Assembly: GCA_951406725.2 (NCBI GenBank)
Contig: OX597818.1
Span: 7,440,001-7,504,000 of the forward strand
Reading direction: 5' to 3'
DNA length: 64,000 nt
From: Octopus vulgaris
Lineage: Eukaryota
Of this stretch, positions 14,426 to 28,441 are shown piece after piece (position 1 is the first letter of the stretch; the number at the start of each line of letters is the position of its first letter). The notes under the pieces were generated by a model that saw nothing but the letters and a program-made list of their open reading frames with translations, was not told the origin of the DNA and did not search any database. A program made the position numbers and the translations under genes.

Positions 14426-15124
14426 TTTCTAATAGCTATTCATATATACATATACACACACACCCAAACATATACGCATACTTATAAGCAAAATCTGAAA
14501 TCTGAAAAATAGTATTCTATTCTATTTTATTCTAGAGTTTGGGAAAATAACAGAAATGGAACTATTTTACAGTGTGCTAACGTTGTGCGAAAGAAAGAGG
14601 AGGGAGAGAGAGAAGAGTGAGGGAGATAGAGGCAGAGAGAGAGAGTGATGAAGAAAGAGACTACGTTTTGTTTCTAAGTATTTTCCACCCCAGCTATCCT
14701 TACTTCGTAGTAGTCCTCTGTGTCAGTCCATGACATCATAAGCGGGATAGATATATTCTCTCTGAATCTGCTTTGCGTAGGAGTCTACAGTGTGCTGTTG
14801 TGCCTATGTCGAGTGCAATGTTTCTATTCTGATAAATTTCCTTCTTCTCAACGTTTCTTTGATATATTTGTCCAGTCCCATGCTCATCCTGATATTGTAT
14901 GGAACAGTTTCAGAATGTTTTTTTCTGTTCAGTAGTATTTTCGGTGAAAATTTATAAGACATCAATTCATAGGCGTTGAGTTATAATTTGTCCATAGCAT
15001 CTGTAACCTATGCTGGTTTGTTTAACAAGTTTATTTGTGGCGTTTGTTAGCAATGCAGAAGAGCAATTGTGGACAAGTCGTTTTGAAAAATACCTCTCTG
15101 TTTGAGTATAAACAATATTTTCAA

Positions 15125-15292
<168 letters not shown>

Positions 15293-16901
15293 TCTGTGCG
15301 CTGGGTGTACGTAGTATCGCCTCCCGAGGGTTTGTTAGACTTTGTTGAAAATAATTGTTTTGTTATTTCAAATTTTTAAGAAACTTTCTATAGGCACTTC
15401 TGATTCACTAGATGAACTGTGGTGACATTCAAATTGTATTTTCTTGAATTACGGCGGGGATAACGACCATTATTAGATTGAATAAAAGGGCAGCAGAACA
15501 TTTTCACGTAACAATTTCAGCTTCATGAGAGAACAGTTGCACGAGAAGAAGATGAGTAGCATCAATAACAACGAAGGCACCAAAAATATTAAGTTTTTAA
15601 CAATATAAGCATCAACAACTCCAGCAGCAAGAAAGAAGTATCCGAGTGAAAGAAAACAACAACATTTACAGCAACAGCAATAATAGCGATTGTGACAAAT
15701 AACAGTATCAGCCGCGGTAGCCGCAATAGCAACAACAGCAAGAACGACGACGACGAAATAAGAAGACATGGTAACTCCACGAATATGTAATAAATTACTG
15801 GGTTGTCGGTGAAATCAATATATTACTCCTTGTTATCTCTAAACAAAAATGACTCATGTCTGACACAGGTGAAGTAGCCTGTGAAGATGAATGGGAGTAC
15901 AGCAGAATTTGCTATCTCACTTGATATAGTGAGATAACAACTGCACGGAAGATAACAACTGCACGGAAGACGTTGTTATATTTCTGGCTGTTGGTAAAAT
16001 CCAGATACCTAGGAGTAGAAAAACACCTCTCGGCTGAAAGAATATTTGAAGAAAGATGAGTAGATGCATATATATATATATATCGTGTGAGCCAGAAGCG
16101 TGGAAAATATCTTCAAATGTGAAGCTCTGACACTAAAGCATTACATAAGGTTGACTATTTGTGGTTGTTGGCTCGAGTTGTTTTTGAGCACAGGGACAAC
16201 CTCTTTGAAGTGAAACGAACGGAGTGGTAGATTTTGTTTGCGCCAACAGTGGAAATCCTCATACGCATCTAAACGGAGGATATAGAAAAGATCCCAGACC
16301 TTATACACTTGGTTAATGAAATATGGCTACGGGTAGAATGTTAAAATGCTCGTTGGATGGAATGGAATACCACTTCAGAGATTTCTATCCTAGGACTCTA
16401 TGCTGTCGATATGACAGCCCAGGCGCAAACAGGACACTTACCCAATAGAACGAAACCTGCCACCCAGGAAAATAGTCAATAAATTCATTCATTTACTCTC
16501 CTTCTTTCAATCAAAAACACACATAAACAAACACAAAAATAAGACCCGACCCACATTTCGGATCCCATCTTTCCAAAGGGGATCTTATGAAGACAAAGAT
16601 GAAAATTTAAAAAAATAACAAATTGTTAAAAATAAAAGAATAAAACAAGAAAAAACAATAAAAATACAGAAGCATCATGGAAACTACATCAACAAAAGTC
16701 ACAGGAAAATTCACAACTTCCTACCTAACCTCAGCAACACTTACTTCAACAAAAGGAAAACATTCAAATTAGCTTCGCGTACAGATATCCACATAAACAC
16801 ATCACCAAAACATATCCAGACTAAAACTTGCGTCGATAAGAAAGACAAATATTAACAATTTTAGAATTTAAAAAAATGGACGAAAGCCCTATACCAACAC
16901 T

Positions 16902-17092
16902 GCTGGCGGAATAATTAGCACACTAAGGCGAAATGTTTAGTAGTACTTCGTCCATCTTTACGTTCTCGGTTCAAATTCGGGCTCGCGCGTCTTTTCTTTT
17001 TCGTCGAAAAAAATAAGTACTAGTTGAGTACTGAGATCAATCTAATCGACTATTATCCCCACTGAAATTTCAGGCCTTGCCCTATAGTCTAC
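16902..17092 (+). mobile_element. SINE family B (Meta-domain-like), degenerate
   Basis: GGCGAAATG...TTTACGTTCTCGGTTCAAATTC...AATAAGTACTAGTTGAGTACTG...ATCTAATCGACT...GGCCTTG; matches the reverse complement of 35284-35494. Confidence 0.75.
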
Positions 17093-17951
17093 TATATAAT
17101 AATAATCATCGTTATTAATAACTCGTCCGCCGTTGTCAGCGATAATCAAGGACATTACATGTATGTAGTATAGATTTTTATATGTGCGTGTATGAACCGA
17201 AATAAACTATTTTGGTCCTTTTGTTTAAAAAGATATTTCATCTAAAGCAACAGGCAGTGAGAAAATTTAGTGACTGACTAGTATAGAAAACTTGTTCAGA
17301 AAAAAATGTTTTATCGTTTGTGGGTGCATTTGTGAGATAATCTGTAAATTAACGACTGTATATAGAATTTTGTTTACAAGTCTTTTGAATACGTGATATG
17401 AAGCTAATGGCGAATATATTTCTCGAAAAATTTTGGTCAAAGAATTGCAGTTTAATTTTTGATCAATATACGGACCTTCACAATTGCAAACATGTGAAGC
17501 GGCTGACTGCTATTCCCACTGTTCATATATATATAAGGGGTCCGACAGCAATTCCTTCCCTCTTCATTTTTACTCTCAATATTTTCTGCCCCAATGATTA
17601 ACATGGCATGTTTTTTTATCATTTAATTTTACTTTTAGTTATATTCAGAAGGAAAATTTCTATTTCGCATAAAGTAAAAATCGATTTGATGATTTTTGCG
17701 CTTCATACAATTTCATTGGTCGTCCTCATGCGTTATAAATACCTTTTTCCTAAAACTAAGTGCTAACAGCTAAAGTGCACACTAATTAAATTTTCTATGA
17801 TAAGCAAAAAAATCAGATCTAAAGAATAGTCTCTGTCTAATCTGCATATATATTTCGTCATGAAAAAATTAGATATCATAACCATCCTAGCGTAATCTTT
17901 AAATTAAAATCCATTGATGAAACTACTCACAATAATTCTTCAAGACCACGG

Positions 17952-18016
<65 letters not shown>

Positions 18017-18080
18017 CACGCACACACACACACATATATACATATATATATATGTGTGTTTGTGTATGTGCATGTGTGTG

Positions 18081-18111
<31 letters not shown>

Positions 18112-18113
<2 letters not shown>

Positions 18114-20330
18114 GTTAGAAGGTTTATAACTCGAGTTCAACTGATTCGATTGAAATTTCAGACATGCATTTAGTATGTTCCGAGGCATGTTTTAGTGATA
18201 CTAACTGTTTTGATCCATGTTCGGTTTTCGCAAAAACTCGATCGATAATTATGGATTTTTTCAAAAAGTCGTCCGATTTTGATCAAACTTGACATACTGA
18301 TGCATTCTTACCAAAGGGTTTTCGTTCCGTTATTATTATTATTATTTTTTTAATTCCGTTTCGTTTGAGCACAACACGGGAAAAACCGACTCAAAAAATA
18401 CCTTTAAGGCAGGCCATAGCGCTGGAACCATTGAGCTGATTTAAACCAAATTCGGTAAACAAATGCATTTTCACACAGCAAGTCTTATGCCATGGTTCAT
18501 TTCATTAAATTGCGCTTCGTTTGAGCACAATTCCACAAACTCACATTCGAACAAAATGCCTTTGTTGAGGTAGCACCTGATTTGTTTTTTTCAGAACACT
18601 GACCCTATTCCTTCTCCGATGCATACACAATTAATCTCCACCGTGGTGTGCACACACCTTGTAGCCCCCGAGCTGCCAATGCTTCTTCAATGGCAGCTGC
18701 TCGAGCTTCAGAAACAGAGGACCAGCGAAGAAGCCGCCGTTCCGCTAACGCCGCATCTACAACTGCTGCAAGAGTTTCTGAAACAAGTCCCAGCGGAAAC
18801 GTCGCCGAGCCGCTAATGCCGCGTGCACTTCAGACGCAGGTGCCGAGGAGAATGAGGAACAGCGCCATAAACACCGTTGCTGCTCGATCTTCCCAAACGT
18901 TACAAGACCGTGTAATCACCTTCAGAGTGATGCCAGACACCGAGCCCTTAGGAAAGGTATTTCTAAACCGTTGGCCTCGCAACGGGCCTTAAAAGCATTC
19001 TAGTACAATTCCGCCTTTGATTATGGCGGCCACATTCCAAACATCCTAGATCAATCATAAATCAAATAGACAAAAGTGTATCTATGAGAGTTTCTAAGTT
19101 ATCCGCCACTGATATGCAAATTAGGTGCTACAGTGAGACTCTCAACAGAAGTCGATACTCTGAAAAGTTCACTTATGTACCTACCCCAACACCCCCAAAC
19201 TGTTTTAGAATATCACAGTAAGATCGTGGACATAATCCACGTAGAGAATCGTCTTCACTCAGCCCAACAAAACACTCTGACACTGAAAATATTACACCTG
19301 ACATAGAAAATGATGTAGAAATCGCTTTCCTGTTACATCCTGCAATGCATTTGGAGTTTCAGTGATTAAATAAAGATTTGGAATACTTGCCTGGTTCGCA
19401 GTGAAAATCTACGTCACGGGCATGAAAACCTGCAAGATGATTTAATCGATTAGAAACTACCACAGGAACATTGAGATATCAACTGGTTCTATTTAAGAAG
19501 AGCTGACAGAGATATAGATCTGAGATCATTGCATGTAGCCTTTTAGTATTGTCTAGATTCTCTCAGACAATAACTCATAAATAACTGACATATTAATTAG
19601 CCTAGTTCTGGAAAGCGATAGGTACCACTTCGTACATGTTAGTAGTGAGCTCGTCAGGGAGCCCTGTTCTTCTGGCGACTTCCCATACATCCTCCAAATA
19701 GCCTGATTAACACTAATCGAAAAAGATGTAGATGTGTAAGTTTCCCAAAGACTTGAAAATGACGTTAATATCGAGACGAAATACAAAGTCCCATGACAGT
19801 TCAAAGACAATACGTGGCCAATCTTAGAGCTGGAAATTGCTACAAAGTATCTCATGAACCAATGAGACAGTGAATCTCTTGAATCCAGATGTAACCAAAA
19901 AAAAAAAAAAAGAAAAAGTAGATTATGTCAAATTTCTGTGGAAGACATCAATCTTGTTATCAGCAACTACTCCAAATTTTAAAATGCCACGAAGATATTA
20001 CATTCCAATACAAAGTGATGTGATTAAATGATGGACAATTTAACCCACACCGAAAAGAAGCGGAAGATAAAAATATATAGTAAAAACTGTGATAAATATC
20101 ATTGTTATCGAATACATACACAAACGTCGACAAAGAATATTGGTGGAACATTCCCTTCGAATCTTCTCAAAATTGCACATATAACGTGCCGGATATCGTT
20201 ACTTGAAGCAGACAAGAAAATGTGTGGGCCGTCATACAGGTCATCTGCAACACGGATGTGAATATCTCTTTGAAAATCAAAAAGAAAAGGGATAGCTATG
20301 GACAACTACTTCAAAACATTCAGCTTCTGT
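18112..20330 (+). mobile_element. probable decayed Helitron (RepHel relic)
   Basis: 23-codon repeats RASETEDQRRSRRSANAASTTAA / RVSET.QRKRRRAANAACTSDA (STPR-like, 69 nt period), YNSAF at 19004, a C.C.KFPK-like stretch near 19730 and ...IKRKGIAMDN near 20275. Boundaries are approximate. Confidence 0.5.
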
Positions 20331-20547
20331 AACCAGATTCTTAATTACAGTTTTATACCGATTGGTAAACTTGGTTTTGTTAATAAATGTTTAACTGAAA
20401 AAGCTGGAAAAGCTAGGGTTTTGAAGAAATCAAATAAACCAGGTGGCACCCACATTAAAACTAAAACACCTAAGCCAATATCAATAGTGGTTCCAGAAGT
20501 TCCGAGCCGGAAAATACAGCCAAGAAGAGTACACTCGAAAACTACGG

Positions 20548-20958
20548 CCTAGAAGACGACGACGTCCTGCCAAACCTGGAACAAAATCCTATCGTAACTG
20601 TTGAAGAACTAAAAGAGAGGCATGGATTTGGTCATTCAAACATTCATCGACATCTGCGCTTGAAGAACAACCCAAACCAAACGACAACAAAAATCTACTG
20701 CGAGCAGCATGAGCTGCTTAAATCTAAGTCAGCAGTCTTTGGACAGAAAAAATATGTATTTTATAGACGAGGCCAGAACAGTACTAGAGGATTATTTTTC
20801 GTCAAGGACAAGTGAATTTTGGAAGAGGAACCTTGCAAGTTTACGAAGTAGATGGGAGAGCATTATAGAAAATGAAAGAGAGCATATTTTAGATTAAAAC
20901 GTACTTTGTTTATCTTAATTCTGAAAAAAACTCGCATTATTTATGGGATGACCCAATA
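20548..20958 (+). mobile_element. mariner internal-deletion fragment with right TIR
   Basis: EQNPIVTVEEL...HSNIHRHL joined to C-terminal LEDYFSSRTSEFWKR.LASL.SRWESIIENE.EHILD*; ends CGCATTATTTATGGGATGACCCAA-TA. Confidence 0.8.
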
Positions 20959-20970
20959 TCTGTATAATGT

Positions 20971-21165
20971 AAGACGGTGAACTGACAGAATCTGTGGCAC
21001 GCCGGAAAAAAGTCTTAGCGGCATTTCGTACGTCCTTACGTTCTGGGTTCATATTCATAATTTAGGGACCGATGAAATGAGTACCAGTTGAATACTAGGG
21101 TCGATGTAATCGACTTAACCATTACCAGAACTTAGTGGACTTTTTCCAAAATTTGAAACCAATAT
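20971..21165 (+). mobile_element. SINE family B, degenerate
   Basis: GGTGAACTGACAGAA...CTTAGCGGCATTTCG...TTACGTTCTGGGTTCA...GAGTACCAGTTGAATACTAGGGTCGATGTAATCGACT. Confidence 0.75.
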
Positions 21166-23521
21166 AAATACATTATGTGATATAAGTAAGCTAAGACTAT
21201 GTACACATATCCAATCACGAATCGCTATCTTACTGGAAAGACAGGTGCAAGAACCTCACCTATGTTCTGCTGCATTTCTGGCATGTAGAATGTTATTGAA
21301 CAAAGGAAATCTAATTTTGATATTCTGAAGAGGACACTTTTATTTTCAAGCATAGCTTAGAGGCTATAAACAATCGCAGACTCTCCAATTTACACAGCAT
21401 CTTACTGCAACAGAAAGGTGGAATGGGGAAGTATCTAAATTTAGACATCCTAATGTATAAAATAAAAATAAAAATGAAATTGGTATATTTTGTTATTAAA
21501 TTCACCAAGTGTGCGATTTGCATTCATTTCTTTCATTGCAGCATCTGTCGTTATCCACAAAACACAGATGTCATGAATCAAAAGGAGGTCAGCTAACTTA
21601 GTGGAGCTGAAAGTCTCAAAGTATTCAGAATTACTAGCTTCCGAGTTCTATGTAAATATTTTAGAAATTGTTGAAAGAACATCATGCTTCATCTACATAA
21701 AGAAAAATACAGCTTGCATTTCTGTAAGAAGAAGAAATTAGTAGCTTGCAATAATATCATTCCTTCCGTGCAACACAGACCTATGAAAACACTTGTTTAA
21801 AATGAACGGTACTTGTCATTCAAACTCCCAAATAGAGTTTAATATAAGTTCTTTCACAAAATTGCAAGAAATTGCAATGATTTCAAGGTAACACAAGAAA
21901 ACGACCCATCTCTGCAGACTTGGAGAAGATGGTTTATGAACATCACAAATATGTGGTTTCCATAGATGTTCATACGTTGCACCTTCTTCAATAAGATATT
22001 GTTTACTCGAATAGTCCTGCAGCTTACGTGTACGGGCAGAAAATATACTAAAGGCAATTAGGGAATTATCCAGTAAAGAATAACCATTTGCAGTTCCTCA
22101 AATAACAGAACCTAATTATAAATAATCTCCATTGTACTCCAGTTTACATAAAACTTGGCTATAATATAAACATCAGATATCATTACTCCCAGATCCTCTA
22201 TCCTATGTAGAGGAGGATGTTAGACTTCATCTGGATAGGAAACAATAGAAGCAGGTATTAGAGAAGTAGGGATACACGCATCATGTAGGATTGAAACATT
22301 AGCAGGATTATCCAGGAACATTACACATTAGGAAGTTGCGTAAAGTTGTTTATTCGTTGTAAATTACTTATCATTTTTGTTATGTTAACTTAGCTCTAGA
22401 AATGGTATAGATTTCTAATCAGACGCTCTAAAGTTTTGCGCAAGAGTAGACATATTTAGAAAAATATCATGTATATTGATGTTGTTTATGTAGCGAAATA
22501 TACATTTATTAATTAATTAGTTGTGATAGAACAAATGTGATCTATTTTTTAAAACATCGCTCAGAATAGAATCAAGAATATTTCGAACAATAAGTTTCAC
22601 AAATATCACAAAGAAATGTATCTATTAGTGCTATAAATTTAATGTTGAGACTGTGTGAGAATGATGGAAATGATGTTGAAATTTAATTCCAACCGAAACA
22701 TTTCCGATCAGATCAATGAACAAATGTATCTAATACATGATTGTCGTGTTAAATTAATTTTTCTGCGGACATACCGCAACTAACTAATATCTCCTTTGGA
22801 TTGTTATGACTGTCCGTCGTGATTTCATGCGGATTTGATTGATGTTTGTAGTTAACAGAATGACAAATTTTAAACTCCATTATCGGCACAAGAAATATCA
22901 ATAGCAGCGGTTTACCATCATATCAATTCTTCATATTCATACTTACTTGCACAAATTTGATTTTAAAGAACATTTATTTTCGTTTCAAGAAATAATAATT
23001 TGCGTTAGTTTTATTGGTGTTTGTCTTTCAACCCATGTTATTACAAGTTGAGCATACATAGAAAAGTGTATAATACATTTATGCATGTTATTGTCTTCAT
23101 AATCATTACGTGTGTAAAATAGCTTCCTTAGTTGGAAATCCTATGAATTTTTGATTGCGATAAAAGAGACGTTGAATTTTTGATAGGGATAAAAGAGACA
23201 TCTAATTCGAAATGCACTGGATCTTTTGTTTGTTCACCAATGGTAAATAACTTTCATTGTTGTTCATATATTTATACACAAATATGCAAATAAAACTACA
23301 CATTTGTTACATGTTACGCCGTCAGGCCACCATTTAATTCTTAAAGTACAAAATTTTATCCCATACTTCTACGGGCAAAACCAAATTAACGTCGACATGA
23401 AGTAAAATAATGCGGTTGGGATGAAAAATTACAAGAAACAAAGGAAAATTGATTTGTGCCGCCTCTTTGAGTGACAATTTTTTAATAGGAGACAATGTGA
23501 CAGCAGAAATAGAAATAGTTA

Positions 23522-24443
23522 TAGTGATCCCTCGTTTATCACGGTAGATTGGTTCCGAGACCGCCCGCGGTAACTGAATTTCCGCGAAGTAGGGACACCA
23601 ACTTTACAGTACTTATTTATCGTGTATTTGAACTTTTGAAGCCATCCCTGTACTGTTAACGACCCAATCATTACAGTAGTCTATTAATAACAAGAACAAA
23701 TGTTAAGCAGTGACGCTTCAGATTTAAAAAAAAAAAAGGTTGTTACTCTACTCAACACGAAAGAAGTTGAAATAAAATTTGAATGATGATGGTGAATTTG
23801 CTGCGCAGTAGAAATGATGATGAAGCTGACGGCGGTGCCCTTTCCTGGGACACCCCTTCCACTTCTTGATGTAGCGAACGGGGGATTCGTTCTCGCTAAA
23901 ATGACGAGCTACGGCAGCGAAAGTTCTTCATTCCTTCAGCATATCCAGGTTTCGCTTTCTCAGCGATCATCATCATTCTTCGTTTGAGTTTAGGCTTAGT
24001 ACCAACCTTGGAAGAAGAAGCATGCTTGGGAGCCATTGCGGGGGATGAAAACGCAAAGTTCAACGCAAAGAAGCAAACAAAAAATCACACACAACACAGC
24101 GTAAAGTAGTACAGTAAAACACTCGGCGAGAAAGCTTGAAGCGAAATGGCCGCGAGAGAGAGAGACAAGGGAAGATGCTGCGGATCTGAACATCGGTCAA
24201 AGCACCAATCACAGGCCAGATTACAAAATAGAAAGCTGTGATTCGTCGTCTCTCTCCATTGCACCAATCACAGCCCGTCTTAAGTTCAAATACCCCTCGT
24301 TGTTCTTAGGCTAGGAAATAATGTTTATTATTAATATTTTAATGGATTTAATGAAAAATATTAGGTGTTCATATAGATATTTAAAAAATTCGCGAAGTCG
24401 TGAATCCGCGATAGTTGAACCGCGAAGTAGCGAGGGATCACTG
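23522..24443 (-). mobile_element. Tigger/pogo-like non-autonomous DNA transposon
   Basis: TIRs (T/C)AGTGATCCCTCG ... CGAGGGATCACTG with TA on both sides. From minus-strand ATG 24036: MAPKHASSSKVGTKPKLKRRMMMIAEKAK..LDMLKE.RTFAAVARHFSENESPVRYIKK (CENP-B/psq-type HTH), then a large deletion. Confidence 0.85.
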
Positions 24444-24690
24444 TATAGTAGAGTCAAGGTGACACTCGCTTACACACAAGGTGCTATCAGATACGGAAAA
24501 CAATTTAAATTAGTAAAAAACTTTCCTCTAATTAGTTCCCGCGGAAATGGGCTTGTGTATTACAGCGAGAAAATATCGTGGTCGGTCAAATAGTCAATCA
24601 TTACTATCGATCATATATGGGTTGTGTATTCCCACTATAGTGGTGTATACAACTTACTTTCCTTTGTAATAACACTTCACTTCCATCCAT

Positions 24691-24804
<114 letters not shown>

Positions 24805-24998
24805 ATACCACATTTGTTTCGTTGGCAATTTTCTTTCGCCCTCCACTCTTCTTCAGATTTTTCCATATTTATGATGAATGAAGAGCTCCGCTCCAAACGT
24901 GAAACTCTCTATTCTTTCCTTTCCTGAGCGTTCAATAACACTGTACTTATTCCACATCCTCGAGTTGTTGTTTTTTCTTGCTTGTCCAAATTTGGATT

Positions 24999-25036
<38 letters not shown>

Positions 25037-25155
25037 CAGAAGTAAATAGACACAACATAAAATGTTTTATGCTTATTCAACTTTGTAGAGGTTTGCATTT
25101 TTTATAAATTGATATTTTTTTGTTTCAGTTTCTAAATGTGACTGCTTAATCATGC

Positions 25156-26144
25156 CATGTACAATAGAAGCCTTGGAAATGTCTGAAATCCAATGAGGCC
25201 GTATTGTGGGTCATTCTGAAGATGGACATATTCAGCGAAGAATCGTAGAAAACCTTGGCATCTCGCTTTCTACTGTTAATAAAGTGATTGTGTAATTCAC
25301 TAGAGAGAAGAAGGGGTACACATCACCTCACCCAGAACAACCAGAGCCCTCTGACAGGACCTTTGTGTTTGTTAAGAGAAGTGTGGAGGATAGTGCTCAT
25401 TGTAAGGTCTCTGGCATAGCGGAACCAGTTGATATCAGTCTCATAACAGTTGTAAGGTTTCTCTACAAATTTGATTACTATGGATGAACGGCAAGAAGGA
25501 AACCAACTCTTCGACCAGCCAACAACAAACAGAGCAAAGATTGGGTCACTGAGATGGTGGAGAGGCTACTAGCATTTTGGGACACTGTTATATTCTCTGA
25601 TGAGTCCAGATTTGCTGTATTTCCTGACAGTGGTCCAGTGTGGGTCTGGATACTCTGTGATTAAGAATTTGATGTAACATGATTGCAGCCAACAATGAAA
25701 CACAGCAGCTATCCTGCGATGGCCAATTTGGAGCAAATGTCGCAGTGTGAAGGAAGCATAAACTCAGATAAATATGTGTCCATATTGCAGAAAGGACTCC
25801 ATCCAATATTCTCCATTGGTGAAATGATCAAAGAAGATTCCCTATGGAAGATGAAGCTCCTTACCACACAGATAAAATGACCTAAGATTTGTTGCATGAG
25901 AAAGGCATTCAAAACATTTCATGACCAAGCCAATCACCAGAAAAGAACCCTACTGATCACATCTGGAACATAATGGACAGAACGTGCCCAAAAAGTTAAA
26001 GAAGGTATCATCAAAGACAGATCAGCTGAGATTACTGCATGAAACATGGTAAGAAATCTCGTAAGAGAATATTCGTCATTTGATCAGTAACATGCCTCAT
26101 AGGGTTCTTCCATTGAAAGATGCAAAGAACGCACTAACTATTAA
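25156..26144 (+). pseudogene. Tc1-like transposase, disrupted
   Basis: GRIVGH...QRRIVENLGISLSTVNKV, ARRKP, FWDTVIFSDESRF, QSP..NP..HIW and MPHRV motifs, with many stops. Confidence 0.85.
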
Positions 26145-26228
26145 ATATTCAAATCATAACAACAATAAATAATTTGGTGTCTATGTACGTCTGTCATGTT
26201 GGTGTGTATGTGTCTATATATATATATA

Positions 26229-26290
26229 CTGGGACTGAACTTGGAACCACGTGGTTGGTAAGCAAGATACTTACCACACAGCCACTCAGC
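26229..26290 (-). mobile_element. SINE family A head only (empty target site)
   Basis: GGGACTGAACTTGGAACCACGTGGTTGGTAAGCAAGATACTTACCACACAGCCACTC. Confidence 0.8.
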
Positions 26291-26327
26291 ACACATATAT
26301 GCATTATACACATACACACACATACAC

Positions 26328-26717
26328 TTCCAATACGGAGCAAATAAATCAGGAGAAAAAATGATTCGCGTGAAAATAATTTGTGACGATATCATTGACT
26401 CTATTATTATCTAGTGTAATAATTTAAACATAATAATAACAGACTCAATAATATAGGCACTTGCAAGTCCAAAACAATGCATTAAATAGCTGAAGGATTG
26501 AAATTAATCAAATGTCATACTAAGCATGTTTACCTGCTGGAAATAATAGTCAATTTAAATCGCCAACGTGTTTTTGGACCTGCATTTGCCTATATTATTG
26601 ATTCTTTTATTATCATTTTTAAATTGTTACACTAGATGATAATAGAGTCAATGATAGCTTCGCAAATTATTTTCCCTCAAATTATTTTTTCTCGTGAAAC
26701 ATTTGCTCCGTTTTGAA
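26328..26717. mobile_element. MITE/foldback-like element with ~150 bp imperfect inverted repeats
   Basis: ACGGAGCAAAT...ATCATTGACTCTATTATTATCTAGTGTAA...CAATAATATAGGCA...GTCCAAAA is mirrored by TTTTGGAC...TGCCTATATTATTG...TTACACTAGATGATAATAGAGTCAATGAT...ATTTGCTCCGT. Confidence 0.7.
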
Positions 26718-26977
26718 ATTATTTTCACATTGGTGTTTGCAATACAGTGAAAAAAGAATCAGTCGTATCACAGATCTCAACATGACGGGTTGGGGATCTC
26801 TATCATGGTAACGTGTGCTGAGGATGGTGAAGCTATTTTGCCAGTCCAGAAACAAGTCCATGTGAGTCCAAATACGTGAATGTATGTTGAGTTTGTCTTA
26901 TCTCGTTTGTCTTTGAACGGTCAAATATGAGATTTGACAATTACTTCCAGTAAAAATATACTCATCTCTTTCTCTCT

Positions 26978-27049
<72 letters not shown>

Positions 27050-27050
<1 letters not shown>

Positions 27051-27840
27051 GAAAAATACAACATGGACAAGAACGTATAACTCTGGGAAGACGATACAAT
27101 AAACACGGACAGGACATTCGAAACACTCAGTCTTCAGTCAAGAACCGGATCATCGTAGTAATTTCGGCTGATTAATCTTGAGATTACTAGATCACGGCCA
27201 GCCCTCCAAGAAAAACTAAGCAACGAGCATTAGAAAAACTAAGCTGGAAGCGTAGATTTCCTGGAAGAAGGATCGAATGCATACGAACACCAGGACAGCA
27301 AAAGGGACAGATATAAAAAAAACAAAAAACAATAATGGAATACAGAAACATGAAATACAGAAGCATTAACGGTGAAAACAACAAGTGTCTTACGACTGAT
27401 AACAAGCAAACAAATTTTTTCTCTGGCGCATTGGAAGGAGCCTTTATAGCGGCGGACGAAAAACAACGATGTTAACGTGACGATGGTCAGAAGCTGAAAG
27501 GCAGATTTCAGCCAGCAGTCACGTGACAGAGAAGAGAGAAAAGAAAAGAAAGAGAAGCAAAGGAAGAGAGAGAGAGAGGAGAGAGAGAGAGGAGGGACAA
27601 ACGCAACAAAGAGAGAAGAGAGAGAAAGAAGGAATCAGAGAGGAGAAGGGATGGGTGTCGAAGATTGACCTGTGAGTGCAGAGCGAGACAAAGAAATAGG
27701 AGGGTAGTGGAAGATTAGACCAAAGAATCAGAGGAAAGAGAAGAGAAAAAGAGGATGAGTAGAGAGAAAAGAGAGGAGAGAGAAGAGAGAGAGAAGGGGA
27801 CAGATCAAGTAAAAATGAGAGAGAGAGAGAGACAAACAGA
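27050..27840 (-). mobile_element. non-coding interspersed repeat with CT-rich leader, possibly Penelope-derived
   Basis: Purine-rich tract 27528-27840 next to a complex non-coding block; architecture resembles 59894-60591. Confidence 0.35.
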
Positions 27841-28188
27841 GAGTCGTACCAATTATTAAGAATATGTGCTCACATTAATCATTGTTATGTAAGAGACATG
27901 ATTTCGGAAAAGAGTGTATTTTGAGTGTATGTGTCTGTGTGTGTGCTTGTTTATATGTGTGCGTATACGTGTGTATGCGAGTTATTTCTGTCTGTAATAT
28001 GCGTGTTTGAAAAAGAAAAAATATTGGAGAGAAGCATAAAATGAAAGGGAAACTTTATGAATAGGATTTCAAGAATAACTGATGAAAAGTAAAAGGTAAA
28101 TTTTCTATAACTGATACAAACATATTTTTTACTATTACTTGATTGCATCCTTTTTCCTGATTCCTCACTTATTTGCTATAGGGCTTCC

Positions 28189-28233
<45 letters not shown>

Positions 28234-28250
28234 TATATATATATATATAT

Positions 28251-28409
28251 ATTGATGTTACTCAAAGGAGTACGGAACGAGCATGAGACGGCTGAGGTAA
28301 ACCAGCTTATGCTGTCGGGCCCCGTTGCTGATATTGGAGGTTGTATTCTATGCCTTGACCCGAGCATTGAACGACACTCGTCCATTTGAGCTGGGAAATG
28401 AATGGAATA
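28251..28409. repeat. ~160 bp direct repeat, copy 1 (copy 2 at 29760-29918)
   Basis: TTGATGTTACTCAAAGGAGTACGG...GGGAAATGAATGGAATATA, nearly identical at both places. Confidence 0.95.
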
Positions 28410-28441
28410 TATATATATATATATAAATACCTTTAAAGGTT

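Noticed and set aside
21542-21587. Possible 46 bp exon (TTCATTGCAG...GAG/GTCAGC)
   Set aside because: Splice-like signals only; no recognisable peptide or partner exons.
21650-22330. Possible very old pogo-type DDE relic on the minus strand (VMFLDN...)
   Set aside because: Only one short motif and no TIRs found.
24875-25003. GAAGAGCTCCGCTCCAAACG, resembling a minimal Penelope hammerhead
   Set aside because: Both core boxes are mutated; cannot be supported as a ribozyme.
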